Positions 26,281 to 34,845 of a DNA stretch of 44,135 nucleotides are shown here, in pieces. A program made the translations under genes and the position numbers. Below the pieces are notes generated by a model. It made no database searches, had not been told where the DNA came from, and saw only the letters and a program-made list of their open reading frames with translations. Within the stretch, counting starts at the first letter, position 1. Each line of letters opens with the position of its first letter. The stretch is from Candidatus Hermodarchaeota archaeon (GTDB lineage: Archaea; Asgardarchaeota; Hermodarchaeia; Hermodarchaeales; Hermodarchaeaceae). The stretch spans positions 1 through 44,135 of the forward strand of contig JAEOTB010000066.1 in assembly GCA_016840065.1 (NCBI GenBank), read 5' to 3'.

Positions 26281-27024
26281 ATGGTTGTAGTTATGCCCCA
26301 ATGGTCCGAGTTGACCCAAGCTAGCTTTGAAAGAAAAGCTAGGCAAACCAAGGTCGCAGTAATGGTCACCTGTGCAGTCGAAACCCATGGCGACCATTTA
26401 CCCTTAGGTACTGACATGATTCTACCTACTTTTCTAGCCGAAAAAATCGCTCAAAAGACCAAAGCCTTGGTTCTTCCACCAATTCCCTTTGGGGAGAGCT
26501 GGTCATTTGATGTCTTCAAGGGTACAGTCTCCCTTCGACCTGAAACTCTCTTGATGGTCTATCGGGATGTGATGAAGGCGGTGTTTCGTCAAGGCTTCAA
26601 GTTCATTATAGCCCTCAACGGTCACGGAGGTAATTCACGACTTCTCCATCAGGCAGCAGAATACTCTACCGAAGACCACGACGGTACAGTTGTTATCGTA
26701 AACTGGTGGAGTGACTTGGCAGCAAGTGTGAGAGCCGAAATCTGTGAAACACCTGATGGCCATGCTGGCGAGGACGAAACCTCTGAAGTGCTCGCGGTGC
26801 GTCCTGACCTAGTTGATATGAAGGCAGCAAAGAGTGCACGCATCCGTACTACCTTTCGGATTGTGTCGGCTTCACGCAGAGAAGAGTTACTGCCCCGGGG
26901 GATCTATGGTGAACCCCAAAACGCAACAGCAGAAAAGGGGAGAGCCATTATGGAAAGAGCAGAGAAAGAACTGATAGAACTTGTACAACAACTTGAGAAA
27001 GGAAAACTTCCAATCTCCGAATGA
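26281..27024 (+). CDS. Creatininase / creatinine amidohydrolase family protein
   Basis: ETHGDHLPLGTD, NGHGGN and HAGEDETS metal-binding motifs. Start uncertain (26230-26293). Confidence 0.92.
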   Translation: MVVVMPQWSELTQASFERKARQTKVAVMVTCAVETHGDHLPLGTDMILPTFLAEKIAQKTKALVLPPIPFGESWSFDVFKGTVSLRPETLLMVYRDVMKAVFRQGFKFIIALNGHGGNSRLLHQAAEYSTEDHDGTVVIVNWWSDLAASVRAEICETPDGHAGEDETSEVLAVRPDLVDMKAAKSARIRTTFRIVSASRREELLPRGIYGEPQNATAEKGRAIMERAEKELIELVQQLEKGKLPISE

Positions 27025-27057
27025 TATTAATTGACTTTTCCATTCCCTTGAGAGCGG

Positions 27058-28563
27058 GTGAATGAAAGTATGCGGCGTAATTCTGTGGTTCTGATTGGTT
27101 GTGGCCGCATGGGTCGGGCAATAACCAAGATGCTTCTTCAAGAGGAGAAGCAGGAGAATCTGAGCATTGATATTTTCCTCTATGATCCATTCAAAGAAGC
27201 TGAAGAAACCTGTATGTTGGAGTGCCAGGAACTTTTCAGCAGGAAACTAGCTCATCCCCTTCGTGAGGTTCATACAGCATCTGACTGGGAAAAAATAGAT
27301 AGGCTAATGGTAAAGGCTCGGGGCGAGCAGGAACTCACACGAGAACTCTCAAAACTAATGAAAGCTCCTCTAGCTAGCGTCCAACCACGACTACTTCTTA
27401 ACGCCGCCACATATTTTGCTCATAGAATCTACATACCTCTAGCAATCGAACTGGGCTGTGACTACATCGACCTCGGACAGGGAATTCCTGCCCCAGAGGA
27501 ACGCCAGACATACGAAGCCGCCATCAGGAAATCCAAAACCCCTTCAAGGCTTGTACACGAATCAGGACTCGCACCAGGACTCGCAAACGTTCTAGCGGCT
27601 AACCTATACAATCTAGCTCTAGCACAGTCGTCGAACGGTCGGGTGCATTCAGTTCAGATGCGCTGTGGAGGCCTCCCACAAAACACCGAGAAATCTGGGG
27701 ATTTGCATTATGGTCCAGTTTTCTCTCCAGACGGGCTCTTATACGAATATGAAGCCGAGGCTCGTAGTATCAGGGATGGTGCGGTGGTTATAGGCACAAC
27801 CTTTGACAACCCGGACCATTGGGAGAATTCTACCCCCCAACACACACCCTATGGCTGTGCTCCATTCTTGGTTGAGACACCAACGATTAGAATGCTACTG
27901 GAGGACCGTATCCAATCCAAATTCCTTGAATACCAAGATGATCAAATGTACTTAACGGGGTTACAGGCTCGCCCAACAGCGGACGGCACCTCTCAGATGA
28001 CATCAGATGAACGCTACCGAGTAACCATAGACAATCTAGAATATAAGACATTTCGATTCAAACCTCATTTTGAGACTTGGTCTAGAATGCAAGAAGAAGG
28101 TACACTTGAGGTTCTCCTTGATCGTTGGCGACTAAAGATGGACGAACCCCACGTCTCAGGCTACCCCGATTTAGTGATGTTACGTGTCTGGGCTCAAACC
28201 AGTACAGACTCAGAACACCTCTCGACGGAGTTGCTTGTTCTCCACGACGATGTCGATGTAGACGAGTCTAACGCTTTCTCTGCGATGGCCCATTTGACCT
28301 GCTGGCCCACTGTTCTCCTAGCCGTCGCTCTCCTCCAATACCCGCCGGGAACTTCATCCTCCAAGCGTCCCAAACTCTTTCAGGCTCCCGAAGCGATGGT
28401 AGGGTCCCAGCGGAGTGTGGAGAGCCTGCTCGAAGAAGGTGGAATAACCCTCCCTTATGATATCCTAGATGGAAAAACGATGCTTGAAATGCTAGACGAT
28501 GACCACCGAATACCCCTTCGAGATGTTAGGTATCCGCCCCCATGGCGAACCTCGGATAACTAA
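27058..28563 (+). CDS. Saccharopine dehydrogenase / lysine 6-dehydrogenase-like oxidoreductase with insertions
   Basis: LIGCGRMG Rossmann motif, AIELGCDYIDLG, SGLAPGLAN, CGGLPQ, FSPDGLLYEY, YKTFRF. Confidence 0.85.
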   Translation: MNESMRRNSVVLIGCGRMGRAITKMLLQEEKQENLSIDIFLYDPFKEAEETCMLECQELFSRKLAHPLREVHTASDWEKIDRLMVKARGEQELTRELSKLMKAPLASVQPRLLLNAATYFAHRIYIPLAIELGCDYIDLGQGIPAPEERQTYEAAIRKSKTPSRLVHESGLAPGLANVLAANLYNLALAQSSNGRVHSVQMRCGGLPQNTEKSGDLHYGPVFSPDGLLYEYEAEARSIRDGAVVIGTTFDNPDHWENSTPQHTPYGCAPFLVETPTIRMLLEDRIQSKFLEYQDDQMYLTGLQARPTADGTSQMTSDERYRVTIDNLEYKTFRFKPHFETWSRMQEEGTLEVLLDRWRLKMDEPHVSGYPDLVMLRVWAQTSTDSEHLSTELLVLHDDVDVDESNAFSAMAHLTCWPTVLLAVALLQYPPGTSSSKRPKLFQAPEAMVGSQRSVESLLEEGGITLPYDILDGKTMLEMLDDDHRIPLRDVRYPPPWRTSDN

Positions 28564-28660
28564 CCAACAGGTAATATCTAGTATTGATTCTCAACTGTTT
28601 AATAGATAACCGATAATAGGTAACCAGCAAATAAACGCCTAGCAATGGAGCGAATGTTGA

Positions 28661-29179
28661 ATGTGTGGCATGTTTCCACCGGAGTTCGAATGTGATGCAG
28701 TGCTAAAAGATGGGTGTTGTTTGTACATCCGTCCCCTCAACTTCGACGAGTATGACCGGCTTGATGACCTATACCAGCGCTCATCAGAGGAATCGCTCCG
28801 AAAACGCTTTGGATGGACTGAAGCACGAGAATGGCTGCGATCAATCAAGGGCTGCTCAGAAGACTCCCAGATCTGCTTAATCGCGGAGAATTCGATAAAA
28901 GAAGAAGAAAAGGAAGTTGTGGGTGACTGCTGGTACTTCAAAGAGGTAGGTACAGGCAGCGCAGAAGTATCTATCCTGGTAAGAGACGACTTCCAGAACC
29001 GGGGACTCGGCACTCAGATGATGGAACAGCTTGTTAGAGTAGCCAAAGCTGAGGGAATCTACAGGCTCTTTGTACTCGTCAACATGACAAATCACCCAAT
29101 GTTAGCCATTGTTAAACGCCTCAGGTTCAGTTTTATCCACAGCGCCGACGCATCACACCTTTACCGACTCGACCTTTAA
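28661..29179 (+). CDS. GNAT acetyltransferase (Pat-like GNAT domain)
   Basis: LKDG...IRPL...SEESLRKRF...AEVSILVRDDFQNRGLGT...NHPML. Confidence 0.9.
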   Translation: MCGMFPPEFECDAVLKDGCCLYIRPLNFDEYDRLDDLYQRSSEESLRKRFGWTEAREWLRSIKGCSEDSQICLIAENSIKEEEKEVVGDCWYFKEVGTGSAEVSILVRDDFQNRGLGTQMMEQLVRVAKAEGIYRLFVLVNMTNHPMLAIVKRLRFSFIHSADASHLYRLDL

Positions 29180-29298
29180 CCAAACCTTCTCTACCTCAAT
29201 TAAAGAGATAATTCATAGAAGAAACAAAATTCCCTGGTCTTTGCTAGGGAAAAGAATTAAAGCAGAAATTTACATGCCTGAATATAGGAGGAACTCAA

Positions 29299-29856
29299 AT
29301 GTCTTGGGATCCGATTCCGCAAAAACCAACAGATACCGACATTTCACTCAAAGTCATCGTAGTAGGAGATGCTGCTGTGGGTAAGACTAGCCTCACTGGT
29401 CGTTTCGTGACCGGGGCCTTCAGCTCAGAATACAAAGCCACTATTGGCACTGATATCTTTCGAAAGCTGGTCAAGGTGGATGGAAGGCGGGTTGGCATGC
29501 TTGTATACGACACTGGCGGCCAAGAACGTTTCCGCAATCTAGTTGAGCGATATTTCATGGGAGCAATAGGCGCACTCTTGGTCTACGATGTTACAAACCG
29601 GGAGAGCTTTGAGAATCTTCCCACCTGGGGCAGACAGGTAGACCGTTTCGCCTCAAATGCCCTGAAAATCGTGTGCGGGAACAAGACCGACCTTGTCAAG
29701 CAGAGGACAGTAAGCAAGGATGAAGGGCGTGGTATGGGAATGCAGCTTGGCGCGTCCTTTCTTGAGACAAGTGCCAAAGACGGAAGCAACGTCGAGGAGT
29801 CCTTCACTGAAATCGCCAGATACGGAATCAACCGTGTCCGAGGACGAGTCACATAA
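29299..29856 (+). CDS. Rab-like small GTPase (Ras superfamily)
   Basis: G1 GDAAVGKT, G2 TIG, G3 DTGGQE, G4 NKTD, G5 ETSAK. RabF-like motifs IGTDI, RFRNL, YFMGA, LVYDVT. AGGAGG SD. Confidence 0.95.
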   Translation: MSWDPIPQKPTDTDISLKVIVVGDAAVGKTSLTGRFVTGAFSSEYKATIGTDIFRKLVKVDGRRVGMLVYDTGGQERFRNLVERYFMGAIGALLVYDVTNRESFENLPTWGRQVDRFASNALKIVCGNKTDLVKQRTVSKDEGRGMGMQLGASFLETSAKDGSNVEESFTEIARYGINRVRGRVT

Positions 29857-29876
29857 TAAAATGAAGAAATCTTTAG

Positions 29877-30500
29877 CTACCTTTGCTCGATAAGCCGTGC
29901 CCCACAATTATCACAGAACTCTGCTGGGTCCTCCAGATACATGCCGCATTCATTGCAATAGGCATAACGTTTTCGTTTTCTTCTCGGCGTGGCACGAACC
30001 TCTGTACCTGGATGTTTGGCTCGACGAACCCTTTTGGGCATAGCCTCGCCTCCCCGGTACTTGTAGAATGCGTTTTCAAGAATAGCGCTAAAGCCAGCTT
30101 TACGGCGCTTGAAGACCTCACGGGACTCATATGGCGACGACTGTTCCACTGTAATTACATACTCCCTTTGCGGCTCTCCAGAATCCCGGGGTGGATCCAC
30201 GACAAGGTGGACCTTTGCCCCTTTCCCTATGATTTTGATTACCCGATCATATCTCACATACTCGGTAATCGGGCCGCCTCGGAGGGATAGGATACCACCG
30301 GCTGATATATCGGTATCTGAGAAGAACGCGACCCCTCGATTTGTAATCACTAGTTCCCCGCTCTTTATGGAAGAGCGCTCGCCCTTCACAATGCGTTTCA
30401 CCTTAACGGCTGTCGTGTACAAGATTGTATCTTCAAGGGGAATCAGTACGCGGAGCTCAGGACACAGCTCCCTTTCAGGAATGTAGAAGTCACTGGGCAT
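29877..30500 (-). CDS. PH/GRAM-like domain protein with basic linker and C-terminal zinc ribbon
   Basis: EDTILY...GELVITNRGVAFF...VRYDRVIKI (PH-like); RRKRKR; CNECG...FCDNCG. Confidence 0.65.
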   Translation of the reverse strand: MPSDFYIPERELCPELRVLIPLEDTILYTTAVKVKRIVKGERSSIKSGELVITNRGVAFFSDTDISAGGILSLRGGPITEYVRYDRVIKIIGKGAKVHLVVDPPRDSGEPQREYVITVEQSSPYESREVFKRRKAGFSAILENAFYKYRGGEAMPKRVRRAKHPGTEVRATPRRKRKRYAYCNECGMYLEDPAEFCDNCGARLIEQR

Positions 30501-30873
30501 TTTCAGTCAACAAGACACTAATAATTCATCCCTAAAAAATTGCGGCTTTCGTGGAATTACAAGAGATCAATAAAACTTAGCAGTGCGTCCACTTAGGAAA
30601 TGGAGGTGAAGTAGGATGGAGAGGGGCAACAACAGCGTTGTCGCCCCAATCTGGAGATTGCAGTTAAACTAACTGCAGGTTAATCTTTCTAGAACAGGCT
30701 TAAAAAGACTAGCTCTCTGGAGGGCGAAAAACGGCGTTTTTCACTAGTGATACGACAATAAGTATAATTCCATGTCAAAGAGAAACTAATGAATCTCTTA
30801 ACATTCTCACTAACAGCTAGAATATCACTAACACCTAAAACCCTCTCCAGTCAGAATGAAAAAAGAGGAGGAC

Positions 30874-30892
30874 GGAGGCGTGTCAAGCCTCC
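30874..30892 (-). terminator. Hairpin followed by T-tract after the propeller gene
   Basis: GGAGGC-N7-GCCTCC, followed on the minus strand by GTCCTCCTCTTTTTTC. Confidence 0.5.
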
Positions 30893-30909
30893 AGGTTTGC
30901 CCGCCCCAG

Positions 30910-32625
30910 CTAGACTTTTTTGTATCTCCTTAAACAGAGAAAGAAAAGGAGGAACACTAGGGCAATGGCGGCGAGGAAGATGACCAAATGCCAGGGAAAG
31001 GCTGGTATCACAATGACAGTGAACACACCGGTACGGATGTTGCCAAAGGTGTCGTTGACCGAAACCTGCAGCCCATAACTTCCCACCTCTAGCGCAGACG
31101 TGTTGGTGATTACACCCTCATTGCTGATGGCAAAGTTGGTCGTATCGTTGAGCCACCAGGCATCCAGTGAGAGCCCTTCAGGGTCTGTGGCATCTAGATC
31201 ATAGAGGAAGGGTGTGCCCACGATTATCACCTGGTCTGTGGGTGTCATCACCCAGGTCGGCGGCAGGTTGTCATTGGCGACACGTATCAACCATCCATCC
31301 ATTGTAGTAGGACCTAGTGTGTTAAGTTGTCCAGTTAGGAGGAAGCCACCATCGCTGCAAGTGATGAGCGAAAAGCCCCATTCCTCGCCAGTACCACCAT
31401 AAGATTGATTCCACACATGGTTCCCACTGGCATCCGTCCGCAACAAGCATATGTCCGATTCCCCTGCCCCAAATCGATTGTCGCCGCCGCGACCCCTGCT
31501 CTCCTCCAGACTAACGGTCGGTGGTGGGCCGATGGCGTCCCAGTCGTAGTTCCCGGTGCCAGAGAGGGCGAAGCCGCCATCACTACACTCCACTAGATCC
31601 CACGCCTCATCGTATAGGGAGGAGACCTCGTGGGTCTGGTTCCACTGGTGATCACCATTAGCGGTGGTTCGCAGTAACCACATTCCCATTGAATATCCAA
31701 AACTAGCGTTATGGTGTATACCTGCAAGGGCGAAGCCGCCGCTGCTGCACTCAATGACTTCCATGCATTTGTAAGCCTGGTCAACAGCAGTGTACGACTT
31801 GTTCCAGAGCTGATTTCCGCCTGCATCCGTTCGTACCAGTATCCCATCATAAGAAGTAGGCATGAGAACGTCGCCACAAACCGCGAACCCTCCGCCACTA
31901 CACTCGACGATTGAATAGCCTGTATCCTCTAGTCCGTATCCAAAGGATTCATTCCACAAATGTTGACCTGTGGCATCAGTCCGAATCAGCCAAAGGTCTT
32001 GGCTACTGGTTTTTGCAGTAGTGGTGTAGCCAATGATGGCGAAGCCGCCACCGCTGCACTCTATCACTTGTAAACCTGTATCATGGCTACCGAGGTCACC
32101 GTCGAAGGTCTGGTTCCACTGTTGGTGACCAGTTACATTGGTGCGGATTAACAACACATCCTCCCCAGTGGGGACGGAATATGTGCGTCCTGTTATAATG
32201 TATCCACCGTCACTGCACTCAGCGAGAGACCATCCCTGCTGGTCATACGCACTACCCCAACTGTGATTCCACAGCTGGTTGCCATGAATGTCAGTCTTGA
32301 CCAGCCACACATCTTGTAGATTCCCAGGTAAGCTGAATGCACCAGTGAAGACGAAGCCGCCACTGCTACACTCCACCACATCAGATATAAAATCGAAGGA
32401 GCTAGACCCAAAGGTTTTGTTCCAACGAGTCGGGAGCATTGCTTGACGCGAAGAATAATCAGTCTTGGTCGATAATCGCTCCTGGTAGTGGACAAGCGAG
32501 TTGGGTAGGGTGGTCCGAAAACCTGCGGTGGGTAGAACCACGACCAGGATAAGCAAGAGTCCTAGAACCGGATATCGTGATTTCAAATTCATGAGCCCCA
32601 AATATCCCATTAGTGGGGATGACAT
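30910..32625 (-). CDS. Cell-surface 7-bladed beta-propeller protein with cadherin-like Ig domain and C-terminal TM anchor
   Basis: Seven WN.(T/S)...(E/T)CSxGG(F/Y) repeats; PPTWVMTPTDQ...DATDPEG Ig domain; IPAFP-TM-RRYKK. The true start may be the Met near 32592. Confidence 0.85.
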   Translation of the reverse strand: MSSPLMGYLGLMNLKSRYPVLGLLLILVVVLPTAGFRTTLPNSLVHYQERLSTKTDYSSRQAMLPTRWNKTFGSSSFDFISDVVECSSGGFVFTGAFSLPGNLQDVWLVKTDIHGNQLWNHSWGSAYDQQGWSLAECSDGGYIITGRTYSVPTGEDVLLIRTNVTGHQQWNQTFDGDLGSHDTGLQVIECSGGGFAIIGYTTTAKTSSQDLWLIRTDATGQHLWNESFGYGLEDTGYSIVECSGGGFAVCGDVLMPTSYDGILVRTDAGGNQLWNKSYTAVDQAYKCMEVIECSSGGFALAGIHHNASFGYSMGMWLLRTTANGDHQWNQTHEVSSLYDEAWDLVECSDGGFALSGTGNYDWDAIGPPPTVSLEESRGRGGDNRFGAGESDICLLRTDASGNHVWNQSYGGTGEEWGFSLITCSDGGFLLTGQLNTLGPTTMDGWLIRVANDNLPPTWVMTPTDQVIIVGTPFLYDLDATDPEGLSLDAWWLNDTTNFAISNEGVITNTSALEVGSYGLQVSVNDTFGNIRTGVFTVIVIPAFPWHLVIFLAAIALVFLLFFLCLRRYKKV

Positions 32626-32743
32626 CCCCTTAACCCTGTTAAAAGTCTTTAGAGTTTAGAAGATTGAAATCCAGCTGAATGAACTCTTCCTATCATAACC
32701 TTTTTCTTACCACAAAACAAGCTAGAGAGTGGATTGTGATTCT

Positions 32744-33157
32744 ATGCCGCTTGAACCCGGACTAAAACCCGAAGATGTAGCGACACGTTTCTATCAGGCA
32801 ATCATGGACAACGATTACCCAGCTTTTCTTGAATGCTTCACACAATGGCACAAAGAACGAGAAAAGGGGCGACCAAAGCTCTATTGGGGCGTTGGCCGCA
32901 AACTCGTAGACGAGAAAGGCTACACCTATCGAATTCATAAGCCTGGCTTTCTGGAGAAAGCACGGCTTATGGCACGGGCTGCTGATATGATAGCTGACGG
33001 TCGTGACCCGCGTCGTCCCCAGCCCAAGGGTCAAAAGAAGATCTTCTTCCAGCGATACTTGCGCACAGGCGAAAAAACGGGCTATCCTATGCCAATCATT
33101 TTGGTCAAGGATCCAGATACAAATGGAGAATGGCGAGTAGAGCTAGCGACAATCTAA
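32744..33157 (+). CDS. Hypothetical protein, possibly NTF2-like (DUF4878-like)
   Basis: KPEDVATRFYQAIMDNDY...IILVKD...GEWRV pattern. Confidence 0.6.
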   Translation: MPLEPGLKPEDVATRFYQAIMDNDYPAFLECFTQWHKEREKGRPKLYWGVGRKLVDEKGYTYRIHKPGFLEKARLMARAADMIADGRDPRRPQPKGQKKIFFQRYLRTGEKTGYPMPIILVKDPDTNGEWRVELATI

Positions 33158-33278
33158 TGTCTGGGCTAGGCTCTTTCTTCGGCAGACTTTATCATAGGGG
33201 ATAGTCTATACTATTAGCCTGTTTCCTATGGTTTCCTCCGCAAGAATTTTAACCGACTTGCAGACAAACCATCTTACG

Positions 33279-34118
33279 TTGATTCGACTCGGCACCAGCG
33301 GATGGAAATACAAGGACTGGATCGGAACCTTCTACCCCTCAAGGCACCATCACTTCCATTACTATCGTACTATATTCGACACAGCCGAGATCAACAGCAC
33401 CTTCTACACATATCCCAGCGTGAAATTGGTAGAAGCCCTTGTACGCAACGCTTCAAAGGATTTCATTTTCACTGCTAAAATTCCACAGGAGATTACCCAT
33501 GAACTCCGCCTCGACCTAGAGGCAGGCGCTGACCAGCGTCTCGGATACTTCTTGAAGGCTATGTCCCCCCTCCAAGAAGCGGGAAGGCTGGGTCCCTTAC
33601 TACTCCAGTTGCCGCCCTCCCTTCACTTTGACCCAGAAAGACTAAAGGCCTTCCTAGAAATTGTACCAAAAAAGTGGTTGATGGCGGTCGAGTTCAGGCA
33701 CCGCTCCTGGCTTCGACAAGAAACCTTCAGTATCCTGCGGCGTCACCAGGCTGCTTATTGTATTGTTGATGCTCCAGTAATGCCACCTAGGGTTGAGGTG
33801 ACCGCCCCCTTCTCCTACATTAGATTTCATGGCCACGGTGAAAAGCTCATGTACTATTACCTCTACTACGAGGATGAGCTAGAAGAATGGGTGCCTAAGG
33901 TTCTTGAGCTAGAGGAAAAAAGCCCAGAAGGGGTCTATGGGTATTTTAACAACCATTGGTTCGGATTTGCTGCACGTAATTGCGTGGAGATGCAGGACCT
34001 CCTCGGTCTTGGATCAAGAATGCCGCCCCATATCAGGCAACGACTACGGCGTATTACAGACCAGCGTATCAAAGTGAAACCTAGCCAGCAGACAGACCTT
34101 GACTCCTTTGCTGACTAA
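33279..34118 (+). CDS. DUF72 (YecE-like) TIM-barrel protein
   Basis: IRLGTSGWKYKDW, EINSTFY, LLQLPPS, AVEFRHRSW, YIRFHG, YFNN. Confidence 0.93.
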   Translation: MIRLGTSGWKYKDWIGTFYPSRHHHFHYYRTIFDTAEINSTFYTYPSVKLVEALVRNASKDFIFTAKIPQEITHELRLDLEAGADQRLGYFLKAMSPLQEAGRLGPLLLQLPPSLHFDPERLKAFLEIVPKKWLMAVEFRHRSWLRQETFSILRRHQAAYCIVDAPVMPPRVEVTAPFSYIRFHGHGEKLMYYYLYYEDELEEWVPKVLELEEKSPEGVYGYFNNHWFGFAARNCVEMQDLLGLGSRMPPHIRQRLRRITDQRIKVKPSQQTDLDSFAD

Positions 34119-34126
34119 CAAGAATG

Positions 34127-34675
34127 CTAGCCATTAACAGCGGCGAGTCTTTGTTGACAACTTGAACAGAAGGTTTCTGGCTTTTGGTCACATTCTTCAA
34201 GGGAATTCGAAAAGACCATCACACAATCATTGTCGCAGTGGTCCAAGCCTAGGACATGACCGAGTTCGTGGAAGGTCACCTTCTTGATTCGCTCAAAAGC
34301 CAGGTCTGAACTCGTTGGCTTCTGGCAGAGCCGGGGGATTGCTACAACCGCGTTGCCTCCCTTCTCAGCCACGCCGAAAATGAAGTTAAGCTCCTTAGTG
34401 TAGAGGTCCTGGTTCACAATTCCAAGCCCACAGCACTGGGCGGCAATTTGGGTTGAAATGACCCAGAGAAAGGGTGACGCCTTATACTGTGACCTAACAG
34501 GGTCATAGGAGTCAAAGGGAACCGGCAGCCGCACCGGATGCATCTTTACCGGTGAAAAGAATTGGGAGAATCTGCTTGTTATAGTCATTGTCAGTTCCAA
34601 AAGGAGGTCCGTGGAAACCCCCTTAAAGCCATAAACATGGAGCCTGGTCATCATCATTTCCCAAAGAATGCCCAA
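34127..34675 (-). CDS. amzA: Archaemetzincin (M54 Zn-metallopeptidase)
   Basis: DLY...LNFIFG, HELGHVLGLDHC...CVMVFSNS...DQK...FCSSC. Confidence 0.93.
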   Translation of the reverse strand: MGILWEMMMTRLHVYGFKGVSTDLLLELTMTITSRFSQFFSPVKMHPVRLPVPFDSYDPVRSQYKASPFLWVISTQIAAQCCGLGIVNQDLYTKELNFIFGVAEKGGNAVVAIPRLCQKPTSSDLAFERIKKVTFHELGHVLGLDHCDNDCVMVFSNSLEECDQKPETFCSSCQQRLAAVNG

Positions 34676-34720
34676 CGAACATCATTCAAAAGTCTAACTG
34701 CTGAGGCATTCCAAACCCTC

Positions 34721-34748
34721 CCATATTGAAGAAAGATAGATTAAATAA
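34721..34748 (+). promoter_or_regulatory. Putative promoter of GH3-1: CCATATTGAAG motif upstream of TATA-like TTAAATAA
   Basis: The motif recurs before GH3-2 at the same spacing to a TATA-like box. Confidence 0.45.
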
Positions 34749-34845
34749 GGAAGGGGCTTCAGACTAGTTTAGGTTCAGAAATCGGGCTATCTCTGAAGCA
34801 TGTAACCAGAGGGTGCCACTGTCAAATTATTTGCTAGGTGTGTTC

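Noticed and set aside
25847-27024. RiPP precursor plus MftE-like peptidase
   Set aside because: There is no adjacent SPASM radical SAM or RRE protein, and the small protein lacks a precursor-like core.
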